Position numbers and translations under genes: made by a program. From contig OZ242374.1 of the NCBI GenBank assembly GCA_965209055.1, positions 2,560,001 through 2,624,000 on the forward strand: DNA of 64,000 nucleotides, read 5' to 3'. This document shows, piece by piece, positions 8,844-18,909 of the stretch. The stretch's first letter is position 1. Every line of letters starts with the position of its first letter. Under the pieces are notes generated by a model. It had not been told where the DNA came from, searched no databases, and was given only the letters and a program-made list of their open reading frames with translations. The DNA comes from Acidobacteriota bacterium. Lineage in GTDB: Bacteria > Acidobacteriota > UBA6911 > RPQK01 > JAJDTT01.

Positions 8844-9967
8844 AGTTCAGGTCCGTTCGAACGCCAAGCGCCTGGCTGCGCGCGGGAGGTGTCTGCCTGG
8901 GAGTCGCCGGGTGCCTGGCGGGAGGGGTCTTCGCCCAGGAGGCCTTCGTCATGGACGAGTTGCAGGCGGAACGGGTGGTGGTGGCTCCGGGCGGCTATTT
9001 CCCGCGCATGGAGATCCTGAAGAACGGCGACCTGCTGGTCTCGGTGAAGGCGGGAGCCGCGCACGTGGGCAAGACGGGCCGGGTGGACCTCGTCCGCTCC
9101 ACCGACGGCGGCCGCACCTGGGGCAAGCCGGTGACCGTGTTCGACCTTCCCGGACGGGACGACGCCATCGACGCCATGGGACGCCTCTCGGACGGCACCG
9201 TCATCGCCGGCATCGTCTCCTATTCCTGGGCCGGTGAGCGCTACACTGGAAAGGGATGGAGCGCCGACACTTGGGTGATCCGCTCCTCCGACAACGGGCA
9301 CACCTGGACCGAACCGGTCAAGCTGGAAGCCACGCCCCACGACTGGCTCTACCCCTTCGGGCGGCCCGTGGAGCTGGAGGACGGGACGGTTCTCCTGTCC
9401 GGATACGGCTCGGCGCTTCCCAGGGACCGGAAGACGCCAACGACCTCCTGGGTGGTGCGGTCCCGGGACGGCGGCAAGACGTGGGGCGAGTACGCCCCGG
9501 TGGCCACCCGTTTCGACGAGCTCTGCATCGCCCGCCTGCCCTCCGGGAAGCTGGTCGCAGTCCTGCGCGCGACGGGCGGTTCGACCTCCCTCTCCTTCTC
9601 CTCCGATGGAGGCCGGACCTGGAGCGAAACGCGCCGTCTGACCGAAAAGGCGGAACATCCGGGGGATCTCCTGGTGCTGGCCGACGGGCGGCTTCTCGCG
9701 ACCTTCGGAGTGCGCCATCAACCATACGGGGTCCAGGCCATGTTCAGCCGGGACGAGGGCGAGACCTGGTCCACGAAGAAGAGGATCCTGTTGGCGTGGG
9801 ACGGCGACCACGGCGACCTGGGCTATCCGGTCTCCATCCAGAGGCCCGACGGCAGGATCGTCACCGCCTACTACATCGTCTACGGTGAAAAGGACTCCTA
9901 TGGAGACAAAGGGGTCGCCATGGACAATTCCTTCACCAAGGCGGTCATCTGGTCGCCGCCGCGATGA
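8840..9967 (+). CDS. Exported sialidase-like (BNR/Asp-box) protein
   Basis: ATGA overlap; signal peptide; five Asp-boxes (STDGGRTW, SSDNGHTW, SRDGGKTW, SSDGGRTW, SRDEGETW); DLGYP. Confidence 0.85.
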   Translation: MKFRSVRTPSAWLRAGGVCLGVAGCLAGGVFAQEAFVMDELQAERVVVAPGGYFPRMEILKNGDLLVSVKAGAAHVGKTGRVDLVRSTDGGRTWGKPVTVFDLPGRDDAIDAMGRLSDGTVIAGIVSYSWAGERYTGKGWSADTWVIRSSDNGHTWTEPVKLEATPHDWLYPFGRPVELEDGTVLLSGYGSALPRDRKTPTTSWVVRSRDGGKTWGEYAPVATRFDELCIARLPSGKLVAVLRATGGSTSLSFSSDGGRTWSETRRLTEKAEHPGDLLVLADGRLLATFGVRHQPYGVQAMFSRDEGETWSTKKRILLAWDGDHGDLGYPVSIQRPDGRIVTAYYIVYGEKDSYGDKGVAMDNSFTKAVIWSPPR

Positions 9968-11799
9968 GCCGGGGCCGCCGAGCCCGGCGAACCCGGTCCC
10001 GAGCCGCCCGGCGGCGGAAACCGCCACGCCCGGCGAGCCGATTCGACACGTCCCGGCTGTTGCCCCTGCTGCTCTTTCTGGTGGTGCTGGGGATCTACGC
10101 CCCATCGGCGGCCAACGATTTCGTCTACGACGACAACGAGGTGATCGTCAACCAGAAAGCGCCCGCCTCGTTCGCCGACGTGGCGGGGATCTTCGGCGAA
10201 CGCCATTTCCCCAACCTCCCCTACTACCGTCCCGTCACCCGGACCACTCTGCTGCTGCAGAAGACCTTCCACGGGGACAATCCGGCGCCGTTTCACCTCC
10301 TGAACGCCGCCTTCATGGCCCTGGCCGCCGTGGTGGTCTATTTCCTGCTTCGTCTCCCCGTATTCGGGGTTTCCAGGACCCTGGCGCTCCTGGGAGCGGC
10401 GCTCTTCGCGCTGCATCCCATCGCCTCCTCCTGTGTCTACCCCACAGCCTCCGGCCGGGAGACACTGTTGCCCTCGCTCTGGACCCTCTTGTCGGTTTAC
10501 GCGTACCTGCGGCGAGGCAGGGGCTGGCGGGTCCTCTCGCTGGTGGCTTTCACCGGCGCCCTCTTCAGCAAGGAGCAGGCGGTGGTCATTCCCGCTCTCT
10601 TCGTGCTGGCGGACCTCGCCGGAATGGCGCCGGACCCGCCCCGCTGGAATATCCGCCGGTGGGTCGTCCGTTACCTGCCGCTGCTTCCGATCCTGGCGGG
10701 ATACTTCTGGATTCGCCACCTGCTCTTCGGCGGAACCGAATACGCGTTCGGCGAGATCACCGGTCCGCTGTTCAGCCTGGGCTACGCCTTTCAGACGATC
10801 TTTCTTCCCTCCGTCGAGCTGGTCTACGAACCGACTCTGGCGATCTGGCTCTCGTGGCCCCGCTTGATCGTGTCCTGCCTTGCCGTTGCCGGGTTGCTGG
10901 TCCTGGCCCTGCGCCTGGAGCCCCGGCGCCGTCCCGTTCTGCTCTTCTGGTCGGGCTGGTTCCTGGTGACCCTGGCGCCCACCGCCAACATCATCCAACA
11001 GGAGGCCAGGTACGACGAGCGTTACCTGTTCCTGGCATCCCTGGCGCTGATCGCCGTCGCCGCGGCCGTGGTTTCCCAGGGAGATCGGTCCGGCCGGGCC
11101 GGCGGGACCGTTGCCGCAGTGGGACTCCTGCTGGTCGGCGCCGCCGGATTCATCAGCTTCCACCGGTCCGCCTACTTCCACGACAATCTGGCCTTCAGCC
11201 GCCAGTGGCTCCGGACCGATCCCCAATCGGTCAACGCCCACTACAACCTGGGTTTCGGTCTCGCCCAACAGGGGCGTCATCAGGAGGCGGTGGAGGCCTA
11301 TGAGCGGGCTCTGGAGATCGAACCGGACTACGGTTTCGCACACAACAACCTGGGGAACGCCCTGGACAAGGTGGGAAGACATGAGGAGGCGATCAGGCAC
11401 TTCCGAAAGGCCTTGGAACTCGATCCGGCCTATTCCGAGGCGCACCACAACCTGACCAACGTCCTGGTGGAGGAGAACCGGCTCGAAGAAGCGTTGGAGC
11501 ATGCGCGGGAGGCCGTGCGGCTGCGGCCCGACTTCGCCGAGGCCCAAAACAACCTGGGAAACCTTCTCACCCGAAGAGGAGACGCCGCGGAGGGGGTCTC
11601 CCACTACCGTTCGGCTTTGGAGTTGAAGCCCGGGTACGCCGAAGCTCACAACAACCTGGCCAATGCGCTGGTGGCGTTGGGACGGCTTCGGGAAGCGATC
11701 TCCCACTACTCGGAGGCCATTCGGATCCGGCCCGACTATCCCGATGCCCGGCGCAACCGGGAACTGGTCCTGATGGAGTTGACGAGAAGGGGAGGTTGA
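9964..11799 (+). CDS. TMTC-like GT-C membrane glycosyltransferase with C-terminal TPRs
   Basis: FVYDD, YYRP, FHLLN, LFALHP, SKE and ERYLF motifs; about 11 hydrophobic segments; repeated AHNNLG TPRs. Confidence 0.85.
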   Translation: MSRGRRARRTRSRAARRRKPPRPASRFDTSRLLPLLLFLVVLGIYAPSAANDFVYDDNEVIVNQKAPASFADVAGIFGERHFPNLPYYRPVTRTTLLLQKTFHGDNPAPFHLLNAAFMALAAVVVYFLLRLPVFGVSRTLALLGAALFALHPIASSCVYPTASGRETLLPSLWTLLSVYAYLRRGRGWRVLSLVAFTGALFSKEQAVVIPALFVLADLAGMAPDPPRWNIRRWVVRYLPLLPILAGYFWIRHLLFGGTEYAFGEITGPLFSLGYAFQTIFLPSVELVYEPTLAIWLSWPRLIVSCLAVAGLLVLALRLEPRRRPVLLFWSGWFLVTLAPTANIIQQEARYDERYLFLASLALIAVAAAVVSQGDRSGRAGGTVAAVGLLLVGAAGFISFHRSAYFHDNLAFSRQWLRTDPQSVNAHYNLGFGLAQQGRHQEAVEAYERALEIEPDYGFAHNNLGNALDKVGRHEEAIRHFRKALELDPAYSEAHHNLTNVLVEENRLEEALEHAREAVRLRPDFAEAQNNLGNLLTRRGDAAEGVSHYRSALELKPGYAEAHNNLANALVALGRLREAISHYSEAIRIRPDYPDARRNRELVLMELTRRGG

Positions 11800-11880
11800 A
11801 ACCGCCGCGGCGCGTCCGGGTCCGGGCGGCTCGGCGGGATGCGGGGCTGGGCGGACACCGAGACGATTCTTGCCGCAGGC

Positions 11881-11889
11881 TGATATCAT
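11881..11889 (+). promoter_or_regulatory. Extended -10 promoter candidate for the GWxTD gene
   Basis: TGA-TATCAT about 57 nt upstream of ATG 11946. Confidence 0.4.
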
Positions 11890-11945
11890 AGGGGAACGAA
11901 TTCAGGGGGTTCACAAAAAAGGCCCGATCGGAGGGGAAGAGACAG

Positions 11946-13571
11946 ATGCCATCGAGCTTGAGACGGAGAGGCGGTCCGGTAGCGGTCTTGGTCCTTCTGG
12001 GTCTGGCGGCCGGCGGTTTCCGGCCCGGGTCGCAAGAGGACACCGATCAGCGGGCGAAACAGGCGCAGGAGGAGCAGGACTACTTCAAGAAGTGGCTCGA
12101 CGAAGACGTGGTCTACATCATCACCAAGGAGGAGCGTTCCGTCTTCGAGAAGCTGGTCACGCCTGAGGAGAAGGAGCGGTTCATCGAGCAGTTCTGGGTC
12201 CGGCGCGATCCCTCCCCGGGGACTTCCTACAACGACTTCAAGGAAGAGCATTACCGGCGAATCAAGTACTCCAACGAGCGTTTTGCCGCGGGTTTTCCCG
12301 GCTGGATGTCGGATCGGGGGAAGATCTACATCAAGTTCGGTCCCCCCGACGAGATCCGGAGCAACCCCAGCGGCGGGATCCATACCCGGGAGTTCTACGA
12401 GGGAGGCGGCACGGCGGTCACCTTTCCCTTTGAGATCTGGTGGTACCGGTATATCGAGGGGATGGGACAGGACATCGAGATGGAGTTCGTGGACCGTCTC
12501 AACAGCGGCGAGTTCCGGCTGGCCATGGACCAGTGGGAAAAGGAGGTCGGCTTCGAGATGGGGATCGGCCCCACCACCTTCGAGCAACTCGGGCTGGTGA
12601 GCCGGGCGGAAATGAACCGGGCGCGCTTCCTGGGCAATCCGGGCAACCCGTACATCCACAGCACCCGCATCCAGGACCAGCCGCTGGAACGCCTGAGCCG
12701 TTACAGCCAGCTCATGAAACCGCCCACGATCCGGTTCGACGACCTGAGGACGGTGGTGGAGACCCGGGTCCGGTTCCAGCAGCTTCCGGTATCGGTGGTG
12801 GCTCACGTCACCCCGGTTCACGAGAGCCTGAACCTGGCGCTGGTGACGGCCAAGATCCAGGTCAGCCCGGAAAACTACGCCGAGACCGGAGAGGTCTGGC
12901 GTTCCGAAACCCACATCTACGGGCGCCTGACCGACCTCACCGGGAAGGTGGTCTACGAGTTCGACGACGACGTGGTCAGCACGCTCCGCACCGCGCCATC
13001 GGGCCTCGGGATGGCCCAACGCCTGTATCAGAGGAAGATTCCCGTCAAGCGTGGCCGCTACAAGCTTCAGTTCGTGGTGCGGGAAGTGAAATCGGAGAAG
13101 ACCGGGACCTTGGATACCGTGCTCGTGGTGCCGGGTCCGACGGAGAAGCTCCGGGGAACCATCGTGTTGGCGGACCGGGCGGCCCCGGTGCGTCCGGGTG
13201 AATCTCTGGTCGATCCCTTCGTGGTCACCGAGGATCTGAAGGTCTATCCCAGCATCGACGGCCTTTTCGCTCCCTCCGACCGGCTGGGGGTCTATCTCGA
13301 GGTTCACAATCTGGCCCAGGACATGGCGACCCAAACGGCGGACGTGAAGTTCCGATACAGCGTGGTCTCCAAGAATGGAACCCTGGTCGACGATCTGGTC
13401 AAGGAGCTGGAGCCGAGGCGGGTCGAGAACAACTCGATGGTCAACGCCTTCTTCGCCTTTCCCCTTCAGACGCTGGCGGCCGGGGAATACTCGTTCCAGA
13501 TGGAGGTGACGGACCTGATCTCGGAAAACCGCCTGTTGCTCAAGGACAACTTCCGCATCGAGGCCAACTGA
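11946..13571 (+). CDS. GWxTD domain-containing protein
   Basis: KWLDEDVVYII, FIEQFWVRRDP, EEHYRRI, GWMSDRGKIYIKFGPPD. Confidence 0.9.
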   Translation: MPSSLRRRGGPVAVLVLLGLAAGGFRPGSQEDTDQRAKQAQEEQDYFKKWLDEDVVYIITKEERSVFEKLVTPEEKERFIEQFWVRRDPSPGTSYNDFKEEHYRRIKYSNERFAAGFPGWMSDRGKIYIKFGPPDEIRSNPSGGIHTREFYEGGGTAVTFPFEIWWYRYIEGMGQDIEMEFVDRLNSGEFRLAMDQWEKEVGFEMGIGPTTFEQLGLVSRAEMNRARFLGNPGNPYIHSTRIQDQPLERLSRYSQLMKPPTIRFDDLRTVVETRVRFQQLPVSVVAHVTPVHESLNLALVTAKIQVSPENYAETGEVWRSETHIYGRLTDLTGKVVYEFDDDVVSTLRTAPSGLGMAQRLYQRKIPVKRGRYKLQFVVREVKSEKTGTLDTVLVVPGPTEKLRGTIVLADRAAPVRPGESLVDPFVVTEDLKVYPSIDGLFAPSDRLGVYLEVHNLAQDMATQTADVKFRYSVVSKNGTLVDDLVKELEPRRVENNSMVNAFFAFPLQTLAAGEYSFQMEVTDLISENRLLLKDNFRIEAN

Positions 13572-13601
13572 CCGGGCGGTCGACTGGTCCCCCGCTCAAG
13601 C

Positions 13602-15497
13602 ATGCGCCCGTTCATCAACAGTTTGCCGGAGCGGATTTCCAGACCCCAAGCGTGGGCGCTGACGCTGCTGCTGGCGGGCGCGGCCGCTCTGGCGGCGCTG
13701 GAGCCGTGGCCCGGGCTCTCTGCCGGTCAGGGCCGTCCCTCCGCTCCCGCGGGCATCATTCTGATCACGGTGGACACGCTTCGGGCCGACCGGCTCGAAT
13801 CCTACGGCTACGCCGGGACTCCCAATCCGGCGGTCAACGCCCTGGCTGAGGACGGCGTTCTGTTCGAGCAGGTCATCGCCCAGTCGCCGCTCACGCTCCC
13901 GTCCCACTGCTCCATCCTGACCGGATCGTTTCCCTACCACACGGGGGTCCGGGACCAGGCCGGGTTCAGCCTGAAGCCGCACCATCTGACCTTGGCTGAG
14001 CGGCTGCGTGCCGAGGGCTATGGGACGGCGGCCTTCATCGGCTCCTCGGTTCTCAACGCCGGCACGGGGCTCGATCAGGGTTTCGACCTCTACTGGGACC
14101 TTCCGGAGCAGGGTCTTCCCGAGCGGCGGGGCGGGGAAGTGATGAGCCGGGCGCTGGACTGGCTGACCTCCCACGGTGACGGCAAGTTCTTCGCCTGGAT
14201 TCACCTCTTCGATCCCCACGCCCCGTATTCGGCTCCCGAGCCCTTCGGAAACCGTTACCGGACTCGCCCCTACGACGGCGAGGTCGCCTACGTCGACTCG
14301 CTGATGGGCGATCTGATCCGGCATCTGAAACAGCTTCGCCTCTACGATCGGACGCTCCTCGTATTCACCAGCGATCACGGAGAAAGTCTGGGGGAGCACG
14401 GGGAGTCGAGTCACGGCATGTTCCTCTACGACGCCACCGTGCGCATTCCGCTCATCATCAAGGTCGCCGGCTCGACCTGGAAAGGCAAGGTGATCCCGGA
14501 ACAGGTCAGGGGCGTGGACATTGTCCCGACCATCCTCCAACTGGCCGGTCTGCGGGTGGATGACCAGATTCAGGGAAGGGGTCTCCTCTCCCTGATCCGC
14601 GGGCGTTGGAACCAGCCGGAGTTGGCCGCCTACAGCGAGACCTACTATCCGTACTACCATTTCCAGTGGAGCCCGCTCTTCTCCATGCGGGCCAACGGCT
14701 TCAAGTACATCGATGCGCCCAAGCCCGAGCTCTACGACTTGGCAAGCGACACGGGAGAGCGGCGGAACATCATCGGAGACCAGCCCTCCATGGCGGCTTA
14801 CCTGCAGGAGACGTTGGAAGGGGAGTACCAGAAGTTCTCCGCCGGACGCGACGAGCCTCCCGAGCCGGAGCAGATGGACCGGGCCACCATCGAGCGCCTC
14901 AAGAGTCTGGGTTACCTGGGTTTCGCCTCGGGCACGGCGAAGCTCCCGTCCACCGAGGGACTGGCGGACCCCAAGGACCGGATCGCGCTCTACGAGCTGT
15001 TGCAGCAGGCGTTCCAGGATTCCGAGGAAGGCCGGCTCATCGAATCCAACAGCAAATTGAGGAAGGTCGTGGCCCAGGAGGAGGGCCTCATCGACGCTCA
15101 CCTTTACCTGGGTCTGAACTCGGTGCAGATGGGGCAGTTCAGCGATGCCATCGAGGCCTTCCAGGCCGTGCTCCGCCGTGACTCGGGCAACCTCATGGCC
15201 CTCTATAACCTCGCCCTCTCCTACCTCAATCAAGGCCGCCCGGAGGCGGCCGTTCCGGGTTTGGAACGGACCTTGCAACTGGATCCGGAAGACGTGACGG
15301 CCCGGGTCGCCCTGGGAAAGGCTTACCAGTTGGCCGGCCGGCTCGACGACGCCATCGATGCACTGGAGAAGGCGGTCGCCCGCCGCCCCGACTTTGCCGA
15401 CGCCCTCGACTTCTTGAGCCAGGCGTATGGCCAGAAAGGATGGACCGCCAAAGCCGAATCGGCCCGCCGCCGCGCCGAAGCGGCGCGTAAACGCTGA
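13602..15497 (+). CDS. Sulfatase-like (alkaline phosphatase superfamily) hydrolase/transferase with TPRs
   Basis: ITVDTLRAD, PLTLPSHCSILTG, HLFDPHAPY, SDHGESLGEH; C-terminal TPRs. Confidence 0.85.
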   Translation: MRPFINSLPERISRPQAWALTLLLAGAAALAALEPWPGLSAGQGRPSAPAGIILITVDTLRADRLESYGYAGTPNPAVNALAEDGVLFEQVIAQSPLTLPSHCSILTGSFPYHTGVRDQAGFSLKPHHLTLAERLRAEGYGTAAFIGSSVLNAGTGLDQGFDLYWDLPEQGLPERRGGEVMSRALDWLTSHGDGKFFAWIHLFDPHAPYSAPEPFGNRYRTRPYDGEVAYVDSLMGDLIRHLKQLRLYDRTLLVFTSDHGESLGEHGESSHGMFLYDATVRIPLIIKVAGSTWKGKVIPEQVRGVDIVPTILQLAGLRVDDQIQGRGLLSLIRGRWNQPELAAYSETYYPYYHFQWSPLFSMRANGFKYIDAPKPELYDLASDTGERRNIIGDQPSMAAYLQETLEGEYQKFSAGRDEPPEPEQMDRATIERLKSLGYLGFASGTAKLPSTEGLADPKDRIALYELLQQAFQDSEEGRLIESNSKLRKVVAQEEGLIDAHLYLGLNSVQMGQFSDAIEAFQAVLRRDSGNLMALYNLALSYLNQGRPEAAVPGLERTLQLDPEDVTARVALGKAYQLAGRLDDAIDALEKAVARRPDFADALDFLSQAYGQKGWTAKAESARRRAEAARKR

Positions 15498-15554
15498 GCC
15501 CTGACAGCGGCAATTCCGCAATCTGATTTTCTCTCAATCCTCATCATCAAGTTC

Positions 15555-15583
15555 TTGACCGGCAACCCTCCGGCGGCTACCCT
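15555..15583 (+). promoter_or_regulatory. Sigma70-type promoter candidate for mdh
   Basis: TTGACC-17 nt-TACCCT. Confidence 0.5.
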
Positions 15584-15657
15584 TTGCGCGTTGAAATCGT
15601 GGCCGCGGCCGTTCCGACCGCGAGCTTCCACCCTGTGCATGAGGAGGTAGGAATCGA

Positions 15658-16671
15658 ATGTATCTGACCAACGAGAAAGTCGCCGTTCTGGGCGCCGCCG
15701 GCGCCATTGGCTCCAACCTGGTTCAGTCGCTGCTGCAGACCGGGACCGCCAATCGGATCTCCATGTACGACCCCTTGGAGGGTCCGCTCAAGGGGTCGGC
15801 CGAAGAGATCTACCACTGCTCGTTCCCGGGAGCCCAGGTGACCTGGACCATCGACGAGGCGGAGGCTCTTGCGGACGCCGCCTACATCGTCACCGCGGGA
15901 GGCGCTCCCCGCCGGCAGGGGATGACCCGGGAGGACCTGCGCAAGGACAACTGCAAGATCGCCAGGAACCTGGGCCAACAGATCAAGCGCCATTGCCCGG
16001 CCTGCAAGCTGGCCGTCGTCATCTTCAATCCCGCCGACATCACCGGTCTCACCACGCTGGTCCACTCGGGACTGCCGGGATCGGCGGTCTCCACCCTGGC
16101 CGCGCTGGACAGCACGCGTCTCCAGAGTGCGCTGGCCCAACATTTCTCCGTCGCCCAGGACCAGGTGACCGGGTGCGCCACCTACGGTGGCCACGGCGAG
16201 CAGATGGCCGTGTTCAAAGGCAGCATCGCCGTCGCCGGGACGCCGCTCGGTGAGATCCTCGGTGGCGCCACCGTCGGGGGGCAGGGCATGACCCCGGGCC
16301 AGTGGACCGATCTGAAGCAGCAGGTCCGCGGGGGCGGCGCCGCCATCATCAAGCTGCGAGGTCGCTCCTCCTTCCAGTCTCCGGCCCACCTGAGCACCTC
16401 CATGCTCCGGGGCCGCCTGGGCGCCGACGAGTTCCCGTGGCCCTGCGGCACCTACGTCAACCGGGGCGAATTCCGCCACATCATGATGGCCATGGACACG
16501 CGCTTCGGACCTGACGGTCTGGAGTATTCAATGCCTCAGGGAGACGCCGAGGACATGGCCGCGCTCAGGAATTCCTACAAACACCTGACGAACCTCCGGG
16601 ACCAGACCATCGCCGACGGCCTGCTACCACCGTTGGACGAGTGGAAGGACGTGAATCCGAATCTGGTGTGA
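15658..16671 (+). CDS. mdh: Malate dehydrogenase (LDH/MDH family)
   Basis: GAAGAIG, GAPRRQGMTREDL, NPAD, LDSTRL, GGHGE; RBS GAGGAGG. Confidence 0.85.
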   Translation: MYLTNEKVAVLGAAGAIGSNLVQSLLQTGTANRISMYDPLEGPLKGSAEEIYHCSFPGAQVTWTIDEAEALADAAYIVTAGGAPRRQGMTREDLRKDNCKIARNLGQQIKRHCPACKLAVVIFNPADITGLTTLVHSGLPGSAVSTLAALDSTRLQSALAQHFSVAQDQVTGCATYGGHGEQMAVFKGSIAVAGTPLGEILGGATVGGQGMTPGQWTDLKQQVRGGGAAIIKLRGRSSFQSPAHLSTSMLRGRLGADEFPWPCGTYVNRGEFRHIMMAMDTRFGPDGLEYSMPQGDAEDMAALRNSYKHLTNLRDQTIADGLLPPLDEWKDVNPNLV

Positions 16672-16767
16672 AGTGTTACGGTCGCTCGATACCGGGCAAT
16701 ATTGGCACCGAAATCTCGTTTTTGGCGCTGCTCTGAGTTGGTGGAGGCGTAGCGGACGGAGCATCGT

Positions 16768-17109
16768 TCATGCGGTCCCCAGCCCCTGGAGGAGCTTCCC
16801 CGCGACCAGTCTGATCTGACTGGCCGACACCCGGCCCAGCGTAGAAGCGGCAGACGCGTCGATCGTCGCTATCTTCGCGCTGCGGATGAGGGATGGGACG
16901 GGCAGACCCGCCATTTTCAAGTCAGCAACCGGAACATCATCGGGCCAGCCTCGGTTCTCGGCGCTGGTAATCATAACGACCCACAACAATCCGTGTAGAT
17001 CTTGAAGTCGGGCCGTGGATACCACCAGAGCGGGTCGCCACTGACGCGTCGCCCTGTCCGTGTACGGGAACGGAACCTTGACAACGTCGCCTTGCTCAAA
17101 GGTCTGCAT
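16768..17109 (-). CDS. mazF: MazF/PemK family toxin
   Basis: GDVVKVPFPYTD...RPALVVS...MITS...GLPVPS. Confidence 0.85.
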   Translation of the reverse strand: MQTFEQGDVVKVPFPYTDRATRQWRPALVVSTARLQDLHGLLWVVMITSAENRGWPDDVPVADLKMAGLPVPSLIRSAKIATIDASAASTLGRVSASQIRLVAGKLLQGLGTA

Positions 17110-17314
17110 AGGCTTTGGTGTCCGCTTCCGATCGCCATTCCTCGAAGGTCTGGAACGGGTCATCCGTGGTGGCGTCCCGCCTCGATTTGGTGAGGATTAC
17201 TTGTCCATCAACGATCTCGTACAGGAGCTCGTCCCCGGGCTGCAACCCGAGCAACGTTCGGATCGGAAGCGGGATGGTTGTCTGGGCCTTGGAAGTCAAC
17301 TTGCTGATGATCAT
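17096..17314 (-). CDS. AbrB/MazE (PrlF-like) antitoxin
   Basis: SKLTSKAQTTIP.PIR..LGL.PGD; acidic tail DDPFQTFEEW; overlaps the toxin gene. Confidence 0.85.
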   Translation of the reverse strand: MIISKLTSKAQTTIPLPIRTLLGLQPGDELLYEIVDGQVILTKSRRDATTDDPFQTFEEWRSEADTKAYADL

Positions 17315-17349
17315 GGAATCCACCTCCGCCTGGTCTGTCGGACTTTCCC

Positions 17350-17379
17350 ATTGTAAGGAATGTCCTTACTTGCTGTCAC
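17350..17379 (-). promoter_or_regulatory. mazEF promoter with palindromic operator
   Basis: GTGACA-18-TACAAT on the minus strand; perfect inverted repeat GTAAGGA-ATG-TCCTTAC (17353-17369) overlapping the -10. Confidence 0.7.
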
Positions 17380-17445
17380 CCCTCCACGACATTATCTCTC
17401 ACCGCGAACCGGACGCAGGGCGGAAGAGAGGAGATCGGAAGTCAA

Positions 17446-18831
17446 TCACAGAGCAAGCTGCTGGGCTTGCGCGTGCCAGGTGACTTGCAGCTCACGCCCG
17501 CGGAAAGGCCGATCCATAGTGCCCCGCTGGCCGTGGCCAGTACTCCAGCAGTTCGGCCACCGGAGTCGTTCCAGTCCGTGTGAGGAAGCGGATGGCAGCG
17601 TCGACCATGAGTCTCGGTCGTCTCTCCGCCAGAGAACGCCACCAGGCCCCATGCCGGTGTGGAAGGCGAGTTGAAGTGTGAAAGGTTCATTGGGTGGAAG
17701 CGGCGGGCCAAGCCAGTAGCTGGGACTGCGGCCGGGAGCTTTGCTCAGAAGGACGGCGACACGGCGTTTGTGTCCAAGCAGTCCAATCCAGACCGGCGCC
17801 AGCACCCGGCAGTCATCCCAACCACTGAGCAGAGTTTGCGCTTCCCCGTCCCGGGAGGGGCCAATGATCCCCGAAAAGCGCCACGCGATCATAAACTCGG
17901 CTGAGTCGGAGCCCTCAAATTCGCAGGGTAGTTCTTGAATTTCGTTGGAAGGACCGAACGGCGTCCAACTCTCAGAAGGGGGCAGGTGTGGCGGCCACTC
18001 CAACCATGCTCTGATCTCGCCTGAAGTTTCCAGGACTTGGTAGCGCAGTCCGTCTGAATCGAGTGTGGCCTGCACGCAGTGCAGGGTCCCGCGTGTCCTG
18101 CCGGCTCCACCGGTCAATACCTGAAGCACACCTTGGTGAACCTGTACGTCGAAGGTCAGAAGGTGACTGCATACATACGCAAACACTCGGTGTCGGACCA
18201 GTACATCCCAGAATTCACGGCCGTCTTCGGGCACGATTCCCAACTCATGGGGACCGAAATGCCCTTTGACGGGATGGGCAGGATGATGGCCGAACACGAG
18301 TCGGTACCGTGCATCGGCATGGTCCGACAGGGTTTGATCGAGCCACGTGGTTTCCACACGCCCTTCGCCTCCGTGTCCGGACCAGAGGGTGTTGACGAAG
18401 ACGAGAAGCAGATCGTCGCGGCGTACGAAATAGGTCAGTCCCTCCTGGCCCGGTGGCCCGTTGCGGGGCAGGTGCGCCAGAATTTCCCTGAACACGCGCT
18501 CACTTGCCGGATCGTAGGCCGTATGGTTTCCCGTGGTGTGAAAGAGCGGGATCCTGGTCCTGTCCAGCCAGTGCATTTCCCGCTCGAACCAGTAGCGCCA
18601 TTGGTTTCTCAAAGTCTCTTCATCAGTGGAGAGACCGATGATCTCGTCACCCGGAAAGCAGATGAATTGAGGCTGGGGGCGAAGGCGAGCAAGGACGGCG
18701 TTCACCCTTGCAAAGTTGGCCTCCTCCGGTTTTCCCGCCACGCCGGAGCAGCTGTCCGCATAGCAGACGAACTGATGGCCAGCTCCGTCGCGCGGGGTGA
18801 GGGCAGCGATCGTGGGAGAAAGCAAATCCAC
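17446..18831 (-). CDS. Calcineurin-like metallophosphoesterase with C-terminal extra domain
   Basis: ADSC, PGD, GNH, GHHP and SH motifs. Confidence 0.8.
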   Translation of the reverse strand: MDLLSPTIAALTPRDGAGHQFVCYADSCSGVAGKPEEANFARVNAVLARLRPQPQFICFPGDEIIGLSTDEETLRNQWRYWFEREMHWLDRTRIPLFHTTGNHTAYDPASERVFREILAHLPRNGPPGQEGLTYFVRRDDLLLVFVNTLWSGHGGEGRVETTWLDQTLSDHADARYRLVFGHHPAHPVKGHFGPHELGIVPEDGREFWDVLVRHRVFAYVCSHLLTFDVQVHQGVLQVLTGGAGRTRGTLHCVQATLDSDGLRYQVLETSGEIRAWLEWPPHLPPSESWTPFGPSNEIQELPCEFEGSDSAEFMIAWRFSGIIGPSRDGEAQTLLSGWDDCRVLAPVWIGLLGHKRRVAVLLSKAPGRSPSYWLGPPLPPNEPFTLQLAFHTGMGPGGVLWRRDDRDSWSTLPSASSHGLERLRWPNCWSTGHGQRGTMDRPFRGRELQVTWHAQAQQLAL

Positions 18832-18909
18832 AGGGTTATCTCATGGGTTGAGGAACAGTTCGGACGTGGACTCGAAAACGCTCCAGAAATAAGGCGTGAG
18901 TGGCCAGGT

